A DNA stretch of 46,937 nucleotides from Myxococcota bacterium (GTDB lineage Bacteria; Myxococcota; UBA4151): positions 1 to 46,937 of the forward strand of contig JBDQPD010000011.1 of assembly GCA_040260805.1 (NCBI GenBank), read 5' to 3'. Both the position numbers and the translations under genes were made by a program. Numbering within the stretch: the first letter of the stretch is position 1; each line of letters starts with the position of its first letter. Shown here piece by piece: positions 36,218-44,997 of this stretch. Below the pieces are notes generated by a model that ran no database searches, was not told the origin of the DNA, and worked only from the letters and a program-made list of their open reading frames with translations.

Positions 36218-37414
36218 ATGCATATCCTCTTGCTCAGCCAGTACTATGCTCCCGAGATCGGCGCAGCGCAGACACGATTGAGCGCGACGGCACGCTTTCT
36301 CCAAGCTGCCGGGCATGAGGTCACCGTCCTGACGGCGATGCCAAACCATCTGCGCAACTCGGTGATGCCGGGCTACGAGGGTAAGCGGTATCTCGAAGAA
36401 GAGATCGAGGGCGTTCGGGTGCTTCGCACGTGGGTGTATGCATCGACAGGTCGTAGCTTCAAAAGACTCGCCAACTACCTGAGCTTCACCGCCTCCAGCG
36501 CCCTTGCCGCGGCAAAGACGCCCAAAGTCGACTTGGTCTTCTTTGAATCTCCCCCGCTCTTCTTGGGTATCACTGCGGTCGCCCTCGCCCGCCGTCATCG
36601 CGCCAAACTGGTGATGAACATCTCGGATCTATGGCCAGCTTCGGTGCGGGCCGTTGCGCCCGACTCAGTGTTTGCCAAAGCGCCGCTCTATCATGCCGCA
36701 GAAAAGCTCGAGCGCTGGCTCTACGAGCGCTGTGACTTGATCACAGCGGTCACCCCAGGGATCGAAGAGGCGCTGATTCAGGATCTAGGAATACCCGCCC
36801 AGAAGGTGGCTTATCTCCCCAACGGAATCGACTCCGATGTGTTCACGCCCTTCGACGCTGAGGACGCCCAGACCGAACCGAGGGTCTTTTTGACCATCGG
36901 TAGTCACGGCTATGCGCACGGCATGGAGACGATCATTGAGGCGGCTCAAAGCCTGCAGCATCGTCGCGACCTCATGTTTCGCTTTGTCGGCGATGGTTCG
37001 GTTAAAGCTGAGCTCATGGAGCAGGCTAAGGGGTTAGCCAATGTGACCTTCGCCGATCCCGTACCCCTGAACCAGGTCCCCGCAGAGCTCGCCAAGTGCA
37101 CCGCCTCACTGGTGACCTTGAGAGACGATCCATTCTACGACCGCACACGCCCGGCGCGCACCTTTCCTTCGCTCGCTTGTGCTCGCCCCATCATCTTTGC
37201 GGGGCGCGGCGACTTCGCGACGCTGGTCCAAGAAGAGGACTGCGGCCAGGTGGTGCCACCAGGCGCCGCAACGGCGCTCGCTCAAGCGATCGAACGCTAC
37301 GCTGATGAACCCCAACTCGCCGCCAAGCACGGGCAACGCGGCGCTCAGTATGCTCACCAAAAATACAGTTGGTCGGTTTTGATCAGCCGCTGGCTGGAAA
37401 AGGCACTCCCATGA
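36218..37414 (+). CDS. glycosyltransferase family 4 (WbuB-like)
   Basis: Motifs SQYYAPEIGAAQTR, RLANYLSF, ESPPLFL, DLWP and PNGID. Confidence 0.88.
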   Translation: MHILLLSQYYAPEIGAAQTRLSATARFLQAAGHEVTVLTAMPNHLRNSVMPGYEGKRYLEEEIEGVRVLRTWVYASTGRSFKRLANYLSFTASSALAAAKTPKVDLVFFESPPLFLGITAVALARRHRAKLVMNISDLWPASVRAVAPDSVFAKAPLYHAAEKLERWLYERCDLITAVTPGIEEALIQDLGIPAQKVAYLPNGIDSDVFTPFDAEDAQTEPRVFLTIGSHGYAHGMETIIEAAQSLQHRRDLMFRFVGDGSVKAELMEQAKGLANVTFADPVPLNQVPAELAKCTASLVTLRDDPFYDRTRPARTFPSLACARPIIFAGRGDFATLVQEEDCGQVVPPGAATALAQAIERYADEPQLAAKHGQRGAQYAHQKYSWSVLISRWLEKALP

Positions 37415-38565
37415 ACCGTTCCCCGCTCCCCTTCGCTCGCCCGAGCATCGATCAAAAAGATATCGACGCCGTCGTCTCCGTCCTCGAGAGCGGATGGCTG
37501 ACTCAAGGGCCCGTCACACGCGCCTTTGAGGAAGAGTTTGCTCAAGCCGTTGGAGCCAAACACGCCATCGCCGTGTGCAGCTGCACTGCCGCGCTTCACT
37601 TAGCTCTGGAGGCGGTGGGGATCGGTCCAGGCGATAAGGTCCTGACGACCCCCTACACGTTCACGGCGACCGCCGAGGTGATTCGTTATCTCGGCGCTGA
37701 AATTTGCTTCGCCGATATTGAGGGACCGAGCCTTCTTTGGGACATGAACGCTGTCGAAAAGGCCCTCAAGGAGGATCCTTCGATCAAGGCCCTTTTGCCC
37801 GTCCATGTTGCCGGTCAGGCCGTGGACATGGAGCGACTGCTTGAGCTGGCGGGGGATCGACCGATCATCGAAGACGCCGCGCATGCTCTACCCACCCAGG
37901 TGCGCGTCGATGGCGACTGGAAGACCATTGGCTCGATCGGCAAGATTACCTGCTTTAGCTTTTATGCGACCAAAACCATCACCAGCGCCGAAGGCGGCAT
38001 GGTGACCACCGAAGATGATGACCTCGCTGCACGGATGCGCTTGATGCGCTTGCACGGGATCGACGCCGACGCCTGGCGCCGCTACCGAGAAAAAGGGGCA
38101 TGGGGCTACGACGTGGTGGCGCCTGGCTACAAATACAACATCAGCGATCTGCACTCGGCTTTAGGCAAAAGCCAACTCGCCAGAGCCGACCACTTTTCGG
38201 CGCAGCGCACCGCCATCGCAGAACGCTACCACGAAGCCCTCAGCGATCTGCCCTGGATTGAGTTGCCAGTGAGCGTCGAGCACAGCAGCCATTGCTGGCA
38301 CCTCTATGCTGCTCGCGTCCGCCCTGACACCATCGACCGGCAGACGGTTATCCAAGCGCTCGCTGAAGACGGGATCGGTATCTCGGTGCACTTCAAACCC
38401 TTGCATCTGCACACCTATTACGCGGAGCGCTACCAGCTTGCGCCCGGCGACTTCCCGGTCGCTCTGGATCACTTTAATCGTGCCTTTAGTCTGCCGATCT
38501 TTATGGACATGACCGACGAGGATATCGATCGGGTCGTCCAGGTCTTGCGCGGGGTACCATGCTAG
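37411..38565 (+). CDS. DegT-family C4 aminotransferase (WlbF/PglE/ArnB-like)
   Basis: Motifs SGWLTQGP, EDAAHAL, FSFYATKTITSAEGGM and PGYKYN. Confidence 0.9.
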   Translation: MNRSPLPFARPSIDQKDIDAVVSVLESGWLTQGPVTRAFEEEFAQAVGAKHAIAVCSCTAALHLALEAVGIGPGDKVLTTPYTFTATAEVIRYLGAEICFADIEGPSLLWDMNAVEKALKEDPSIKALLPVHVAGQAVDMERLLELAGDRPIIEDAAHALPTQVRVDGDWKTIGSIGKITCFSFYATKTITSAEGGMVTTEDDDLAARMRLMRLHGIDADAWRRYREKGAWGYDVVAPGYKYNISDLHSALGKSQLARADHFSAQRTAIAERYHEALSDLPWIELPVSVEHSSHCWHLYAARVRPDTIDRQTVIQALAEDGIGISVHFKPLHLHTYYAERYQLAPGDFPVALDHFNRAFSLPIFMDMTDEDIDRVVQVLRGVPC

Positions 38566-39200
38566 GTCGCTTGCTCGATGCCGTCGCCAAACGCGGCATG
38601 GACATAGCCCTCGCGGGAACAGGTATTGCGCTGAGCTGGCCTTTGATGGCTGCCATCTGCGTTGCGATCTCACTCGAAGACCAAGACAGCCCGTTTTACG
38701 TCCAAGAGCGTGTCGGCAAAAACGGAAAGACGTTTCGGTTGCTGAAGTTTCGCACCATGACCAACAGGGCTTCAGGTCAAGAGGGGCCTGAGATTACGGT
38801 CGGTATCGACCCGAGGATTACCAAGGTTGGGCAGCTCTTGCGCGGCGCTCGCCTCGATGAACTCCCTCAACTGTTCAATATTTTGCTCGGCGAGATGAGC
38901 GTCGTGGGACCTCGACCCGAGGTCCCCCGCTACGTCGCCCATTATACCGACGAGCAACTGAGCGTGCTCAACGTTAAACCCGGCCTCACCGATCCAGCGA
39001 CCCTTGCTTATCGACACGAAGCCGAGCGACTAGCTCAAAGCGATGACCCTGAAACCCTCTACATCGATGAGATTATGCCCGAAAAACTGGCGATGAACTT
39101 GGACTATCTCTCCAGACGCAACACGGCGCGTGATCTCGAAGTCTTTTTCCGTACCGTAGCAGCAGTCCTCTCGGACCAATCAGAAAAGAAGTCCTCGTGA
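38559..39200 (+). CDS. initiating sugar-phosphate transferase (WlbG/PglC-like)
   Basis: Motifs KFRTM, DPRITKVG..LR..RLDELPQLFN, SVVGPRPE and KPGLT. Confidence 0.92.
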   Translation: MLGRLLDAVAKRGMDIALAGTGIALSWPLMAAICVAISLEDQDSPFYVQERVGKNGKTFRLLKFRTMTNRASGQEGPEITVGIDPRITKVGQLLRGARLDELPQLFNILLGEMSVVGPRPEVPRYVAHYTDEQLSVLNVKPGLTDPATLAYRHEAERLAQSDDPETLYIDEIMPEKLAMNLDYLSRRNTARDLEVFFRTVAAVLSDQSEKKSS

Positions 39201-41074
39201 GGCAGCTCTGGCACCACCCGCTTAGGCGCTTCACGATGCAAGTGGTTGGCGACGGGCTTGGGCTAGCGGCAGCTTATTACAGCTCTTTTTACCTTCGCTT
39301 TAATATGGCGCCTGCTGCGCGGTACCTGGACATGGCCGAGCAAACCCTACCGGTCGTGGTCCTGGCGACGCTGGCTGCGCTGATGACGCTAAGAGTCTAT
39401 CGCGTCATGTGGCGCTACCTCAGCCTCGCAGACTTGGTTCGTGTCAGTCAGGCGGTGTTCTTCGGTATACTGCTGGCCACCGTTGCGCTGGCACTGTGGA
39501 CACGACTCATCCAATACCCACGCACTGTGCTGCCCATTTATGGTGTCCTGGCGGTCGTCTTGCTGAGCTCAATTCGTATGATCGGGCGCAGCTGGTTTGA
39601 GCGCGGGATGCGCCTGCGCGTCAGTCAAGAGGACATGACCCGGGTTCTGCTCATCGGTGCAGGTCGTGCGGCTGAGATCTTACTCAGCGAGCTGCGCGGC
39701 AACCGGGACAGCAACCTTCAAGTGGTCGGTCTGCTCGATGACGACCCCGTCAAACAAGGGCGCTTCATTCTTGGCGCTCCGGTCCTTGGCGGGATCGATT
39801 CGCTGGCTCTACACCTTGAGGCGGAAGAGGTGGAGCGCGTCGTATTTTGCATCCCCTCTGCGCCGAACAGCTTGCGTCTCAAACTCCTTGAGCTGTGCAG
39901 TGACTATGGAGCCCGACTTGAGACGGTGCCGCGTATTGCTGATTTGGCTGAGGGTAAAATCACGGTGAATCAGATCCGTGAGGTCACCTTATCGGACCTC
40001 TTAGGTCGTGATCCGGTTGCGCTCGATGAGGGCGCTGTGGCCTCCTTCCTGAACGCAAAAGTCGTCATGATCACCGGAGCAGGTGGATCGATCGGCAGCG
40101 AAATTTGTCGCCAAGTCATGCGCTACGGCCCCGCGATGGTCTTGCTCTTTGAGCGCTCCGAGTTGGCTCTTTTCCAAATCGACGGCGAGTTAAGACGACG
40201 GTTCTCCGGGGCAAACCTGGTCCCACTGCTCGGCGATATTCAAGACCCTCAGCGCGTCGAAGAGGTGCTTGAGCAATACAAACCCCAGGTGGTGTTTCAC
40301 GCCGCTGCCTATAAGCACGTCCCCTTGGTCGAAATGAACCCCTTCCAAGCGCTGGCGAACAATGTCGGTGGGTCCCAAGTGGTGGCTCAGGCTAGCGCTG
40401 CAGCCAAGGTCGACCGGTTTGTGCTGATCTCGACCGATAAAGCGGTTAACCCCACCAGCTTTATGGGCGCGACGAAACGCATCGCAGAGCGAGTCTGCCA
40501 AGCGGTCGGTGGTCAGGCCGAGCACACGCGGTTCACCACGGTGCGCTTCGGAAACGTCATCGGCTCATCAGGCTCAGTCATCCCCACCTTCCGCGAGCAG
40601 ATCCGACGCGGTGGACCGATCACTGTGACCCATGAAAAGATCGAGCGCTTCTTTATGACCATTCCAGAGGCTGCTCAGCTGGTGCTCCAGGCAAGCACCC
40701 TGTCCGATGGGGACGAGACCTTCATTTTGGATATGGGTCAACCGGTGCGAATCGTCGATTTAGCGCGCCAGATGATCAGGCTATCAGGGCTCAAAGAGGG
40801 CGAAGATATTGAGATACAATTCACCGGCTTGAGGCCTGGCGAGAAGCTCTATGAAGAGCTGATGATCGACGGTGAAGACCACACACGAACCGCGCATAAA
40901 AAGATCATGAGGGTGAGTCGCAAACAACAAGACCACCAAGCGGTGCTCGACCAAACCTCTCGCCTGCTTGAGGCTGGCGCTCAGCGTCAAACCCAAACGA
41001 TCCGCAAGCTAGCCAGTGGCCTGGTCGACAACTACCAGCCGACCCATCTGCCCGAGCCGGTGAACCGCTCATGA
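39197..41074 (+). CDS. membrane-bound UDP-GlcNAc 4,6-dehydratase (PglF/WbpM/WlbL/CapD family)
   Basis: N-terminal TM segments and motifs TGAGGSIGSE, HAAAYKHVP, STDKAVNP..MGATK, RFGNV.GS.GSV and GLRPGEKLYEEL. Confidence 0.95.
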   Translation: MRQLWHHPLRRFTMQVVGDGLGLAAAYYSSFYLRFNMAPAARYLDMAEQTLPVVVLATLAALMTLRVYRVMWRYLSLADLVRVSQAVFFGILLATVALALWTRLIQYPRTVLPIYGVLAVVLLSSIRMIGRSWFERGMRLRVSQEDMTRVLLIGAGRAAEILLSELRGNRDSNLQVVGLLDDDPVKQGRFILGAPVLGGIDSLALHLEAEEVERVVFCIPSAPNSLRLKLLELCSDYGARLETVPRIADLAEGKITVNQIREVTLSDLLGRDPVALDEGAVASFLNAKVVMITGAGGSIGSEICRQVMRYGPAMVLLFERSELALFQIDGELRRRFSGANLVPLLGDIQDPQRVEEVLEQYKPQVVFHAAAYKHVPLVEMNPFQALANNVGGSQVVAQASAAAKVDRFVLISTDKAVNPTSFMGATKRIAERVCQAVGGQAEHTRFTTVRFGNVIGSSGSVIPTFREQIRRGGPITVTHEKIERFFMTIPEAAQLVLQASTLSDGDETFILDMGQPVRIVDLARQMIRLSGLKEGEDIEIQFTGLRPGEKLYEELMIDGEDHTRTAHKKIMRVSRKQQDHQAVLDQTSRLLEAGAQRQTQTIRKLASGLVDNYQPTHLPEPVNRS

Positions 41075-42177
41075 CCCGAGGTAAAGTCTGTCACCTGAGC
41101 TCGGTGCACCAAACTAAAGATGTCCGAATCTTTCATAAAGAATGTGTCAGCCTGGCAGAGGCTGGCTTTGATGTCTCCTTGGTGGTCCCCGGCGAAAAAG
41201 ACCATGTGGACAAGGGCGTCTCCATCGTCGTTGTTCCTGCATCTCGTAGCCGCAAAGAGCGGCTGCTGGTGACCGGGCGTAAGGTCCTCAAAAGGGCGAT
41301 GGAGGTTGATGCGCAGCTGTACCACTTTCATGACCCCGAGCTCTTTCCCGTTGGGCTGTGGCTTAAATCAAAGGGCAAGAAAGTGATCTTCGATAGTCAC
41401 GAGGACCTCCCGCGCCAAGTGCTTAACAAGCCCTGGATCCCCAGACCGGTGCGCAAACCGCTCTCGTTAGCGAGCGAGGCGGCGGAGCATTTTGGTGTTC
41501 GGCGCTTAGACGCGGTGATCGGTGCGACGCCGCTCATCCGAGATCGCTTTGCTGCTGTTGGTGCTCGCGCTGAGGTGATCCACAACTACCCCATGCTCGA
41601 AGAGCTCGATGTTGGGGCAGTCGAGTGGTCGTCGCGTCAGCGCCAGGCTCTCTATGTCGGGGGTATCACTGCGATTCGTGGCGCTCGCGAGATGCTTCGA
41701 GCCAGCGCATTTTGTGACGCTAACTGGGTGATCGCCGGTCCGGTGGAAGAGGCGCTCCGCTCCGAACTCGAAGCGGCTCAAAGCGACCGCTTTCGACTGG
41801 CTGGATACCTTAGCCGACCCGAGGTGGTCAGCGAGCTGCGCCAAGCGATGGTTGGGCTGTGCGTTTTGCACCCAACCATCAACTACATCGATTCGATCCC
41901 GATCAAACTCTTTGAGTACATGGCGGCAGGTATTCCGGTCATCGCCTCCGACTTTCCCTTCTGGCGTGAGCTGGTCGGTGACTCAGGCGCTGCCGTCTTC
42001 GTCGACCCCTTGGACCCCCAAGCGATCGGGCGAGCCATTCAGACGCTCATCGACGATCCCGAACGAGCGGAAGCCATGGGAGCGGCAGGAAAGGCTCGCG
42101 TCCATAGCGGGTTTCATTGGGGTGTCGAACGCGATCGCTTGGTCCGTTTGTATGATGATCTCTTAGCCGCCTCCTAG
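41071..42177 (+). CDS. glycosyltransferase family 4
   Basis: Motifs DVRIFHKE, HFHDPEL, DSHED and PIKLFEYMAAGIPVIASDFP. Confidence 0.9.
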   Translation: MTRGKVCHLSSVHQTKDVRIFHKECVSLAEAGFDVSLVVPGEKDHVDKGVSIVVVPASRSRKERLLVTGRKVLKRAMEVDAQLYHFHDPELFPVGLWLKSKGKKVIFDSHEDLPRQVLNKPWIPRPVRKPLSLASEAAEHFGVRRLDAVIGATPLIRDRFAAVGARAEVIHNYPMLEELDVGAVEWSSRQRQALYVGGITAIRGAREMLRASAFCDANWVIAGPVEEALRSELEAAQSDRFRLAGYLSRPEVVSELRQAMVGLCVLHPTINYIDSIPIKLFEYMAAGIPVIASDFPFWRELVGDSGAAVFVDPLDPQAIGRAIQTLIDDPERAEAMGAAGKARVHSGFHWGVERDRLVRLYDDLLAAS

Positions 42178-43799
42178 GAGGTCAGGGCTTCGTCGATTAG
42201 GCCTAAGGTGACCACTCGACCCAACCACACATCAGGCAGGGCATCAAAGCACAGCTCGGGATGCAAGACACCCAGCTCGCTGAGGCGATGGAATGCTTTG
42301 AGCGCGACTCCGGTTTGCCGGAGCCTAAGATAGAGATCCTGATGGTCTGGCGACTCCTGTCGGTACCTTCTCTTGAGCGCCCGTTGCTCAAGCTTTCGCA
42401 CACCCCGCTGAAGCGTATACGAAGCATAGCCCAAGGCATCTCGGAGTGCCCCGATTCTTCCGGGGTAGGCTGCCAGCCCCGAGGTGCTGGGTATCCCCAC
42501 AAGCTCTGCTGCATGACGATGAATCAACTGGCGATGCCAGCCACTCATCCAGCGGTCTGATGAATCCAATTGGCGCGCCTGAGACACCAAACTAAAATCC
42601 AACAGTGGCATCAAGTGAATCAAGCCGCGCCTCAAGCTTGCAGAGGCTTGAGCCGCAGCAGCGGGTCCAACTCGATGGCGGTAAAAGATGGTGAGATAAG
42701 TATCGATTGCCGAGTGGCGACGGTAGCGCTCAAGCCGATTGAGTAGACGGGCCCGAAAGCCTTTTTGATCTGCAGCCAAGTCTGACGACAAAAAGCGTGA
42801 GGGAAGCAGCAACGGTGCCAACCGCAAATCGAAAAACCGTTCAAGGTTCGCCCTTTTGCCTGAGCCGAAGGGCAGATCCTGGATCAGCGTATAGTCGTTA
42901 AACAATTCGCCACCGACCCCACCTACAACCACCTCATAGCCCTGCTGACTTCGCTGCTCATGCATCCTCGCCGGGCGGTGACTCGCCACCACGTCGATGA
43001 CCCCTTCACAGCGCCTAATACCCAACCTCAAATCGTCCTCAAGATGGTCGAGTGAATGGCCGTAACGCACAAACTTTCGCCCCAATCGCTCACTCACTTG
43101 AGCGGCGTAATCAAACTCTGAATAATGGGAGGCACCGCTCAAGCCCGTGTCAAAATCCAAGCCCTGCGACGCGAGCATCCCAGCGATAAGGCGTGAGTCC
43201 AACCCACCGGTTAGATCAACCGAAACTTTTTTTCCTCTGAGCGAATCCGCAAACCGCGCAAAGAACGTCTCAGGCGAGCTGTCACCGACGGGGTCAAGTC
43301 GTGGCAAGTTACGCTGCTGAAGGGCTACGCCAGCCTGGCTTCCAACGACCAATCGTTCGTCTGCGCCAAGCACTCTAATTTGCGAGGTGTGGGTGTGGTT
43401 GGCGCCAAGGCGGCCTAGGTTCATGAACTCGATGATCGACTCGGAGTCAAAATCGGCAAGTCCAATACCTTCAGCCTTGAGCAGCGCAAGGTAGGAGGAG
43501 CCAATTCGTTTGGCGCTGTAATACAGACGCTGCTGCCCCGCTGGGTCGACGAGGTGGTAGATCATCCCATCGGGTGACTCGATGCACAACCAGTGGATGC
43601 CGTGGGCGACCAGCGATGCCGATTCGACTCCTTGCTCAATCACCTGTTCGAGCAGCACCCGAGCTGAGTCGTGTCCAGCCCGATGTCCGCCGACATAGAC
43701 TAAGCCTTGCCAGCCAATCTGCCAGCCGCCTAGTTCTAGGCAGTGGTTGAAGTCGCCCGGTGAAGGGTTGATCTTAGCGAGGCTCAAGCTTCGGACCAT
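42174..43799 (-). CDS. asparagine synthetase-related ATP-dependent amidotransferase / amide ligase
   Basis: PP-loop DLTGGLDSR, GGVGGELF and MPLLD. No N-terminal catalytic Cys. The start may instead be TTG 43787. Confidence 0.75.
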   Translation of the reverse strand: MVRSLSLAKINPSPGDFNHCLELGGWQIGWQGLVYVGGHRAGHDSARVLLEQVIEQGVESASLVAHGIHWLCIESPDGMIYHLVDPAGQQRLYYSAKRIGSSYLALLKAEGIGLADFDSESIIEFMNLGRLGANHTHTSQIRVLGADERLVVGSQAGVALQQRNLPRLDPVGDSSPETFFARFADSLRGKKVSVDLTGGLDSRLIAGMLASQGLDFDTGLSGASHYSEFDYAAQVSERLGRKFVRYGHSLDHLEDDLRLGIRRCEGVIDVVASHRPARMHEQRSQQGYEVVVGGVGGELFNDYTLIQDLPFGSGKRANLERFFDLRLAPLLLPSRFLSSDLAADQKGFRARLLNRLERYRRHSAIDTYLTIFYRHRVGPAAAAQASASLRRGLIHLMPLLDFSLVSQARQLDSSDRWMSGWHRQLIHRHAAELVGIPSTSGLAAYPGRIGALRDALGYASYTLQRGVRKLEQRALKRRYRQESPDHQDLYLRLRQTGVALKAFHRLSELGVLHPELCFDALPDVWLGRVVTLGLIDEALTS

Positions 43800-44997
43800 C
43801 TAGCGCCGAGCCCAATCCCCCACAACCACAACACAAAAGGAAATACTCTCGTTGAAAGTGTGAGTCATGGAACAAGCCAATAGCGACCCAAGCAAACAGG
43901 GATGAGAGCACCATAGCACCCCAAACAGCGGTTTTAGGTTGACCAAGCATCCGTTCAGCTCGGAGCAAAATTACGCCGAGAAACACGAGGAGCGCAGGAA
44001 CGACAAAAGGCGCTTCAGCGAACAAACTCAGCCAGACATTATGCGCCCAAGCTCTCACTTTAGGCGCCAGTCCAGGTAGGTCTGGATAGATTCGTTCGGC
44101 ATAAGCTGGGTACGCACCAAACCCCAAACCTCGCGGGAACGTCTCCGTCGCAACCTTCCAACCTTGGCTCCAAATCAACTGACGCGCTTCAAACGAGCCA
44201 ATCCGTTGCCGGAGAGGCTCTGAGGTCGCCACACCCAAGAAACCTCCCCCGACACCGAGCAGCGAAACCACGAGGATGGCACGCCGCCATCGTCGATCTC
44301 TGAACCAGCGTAAACTGACCAACAAAGCGACCCCAAGCAGCCAACCCACCAAAGCTGCGCGTGCTCCCGAAAGCAACACACCGGTCAAAGCGACCGCAGC
44401 GAGCACCCACCAGCTCGCCTTACGCGGCGCCGCGAAGATCGCCTGGCTCAAAGCGGCGAGCGACAACATACACGAAACATGGGCAAAGCTGAGGACGTGA
44501 TGGACCATGCCGGTGCCACGCAAACCGTTGATCGAGAAGGTCAGCCACTCACCCGAAGCGCGATAGTTTCTTGAGGGCCATTTGAGCGCATCAGGGTGCA
44601 ATGCGAGCAGCGGACCCGTGGTTTTGGAGAGGACCTGATAGAAGCTATAAAGGACCGACAAAGCGGCTCCACCGAGCGCGATGTAAAGGACCCATCGTCG
44701 GTGCTTATCGTTAAGTTGACTGCTGAGCGCACCAACGATGAGCAAGACCAACACCTGACGCATCTGAGTCGCATAACCCCAGTCAGAGATCGGGTCATGC
44801 CCGAGGAGTGCGTGCGCCACACTGATCACAAACAGAAGCGTCGAGGCGATCAAGAGCTTCCTCGGCGCCCGGATCGACGAATAGTTCCAAACTGCAAAGG
44901 CGACCAACGCAAGGATCGCTCCATTCAACACGGCGGCACCCAACTGCGCTGCGACCGCCAAGGCGGCGACCAGACCGATCACCCAGGCTGAGCTCAT
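43774..44997 (-). CDS. O-antigen ligase (Wzy_C/WaaL/PglL-like) family protein, possibly frameshifted near the 3' end
   Basis: Multiple TM segments with SGARAA, R..IW..G, GLGFGAY and AHNVWL motifs. ATG 44997 overlaps the upstream TGA. Confidence 0.8.
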   Translation of the reverse strand: MSSAWVIGLVAALAVAAQLGAAVLNGAILALVAFAVWNYSSIRAPRKLLIASTLLFVISVAHALLGHDPISDWGYATQMRQVLVLLIVGALSSQLNDKHRRWVLYIALGGAALSVLYSFYQVLSKTTGPLLALHPDALKWPSRNYRASGEWLTFSINGLRGTGMVHHVLSFAHVSCMLSLAALSQAIFAAPRKASWWVLAAVALTGVLLSGARAALVGWLLGVALLVSLRWFRDRRWRRAILVVSLLGVGGGFLGVATSEPLRQRIGSFEARQLIWSQGWKVATETFPRGLGFGAYPAYAERIYPDLPGLAPKVRAWAHNVWLSLFAEAPFVVPALLVFLGVILLRAERMLGQPKTAVWGAMVLSSLFAWVAIGLFHDSHFQREYFLLCCGCGGLGSALDGPKLEPR

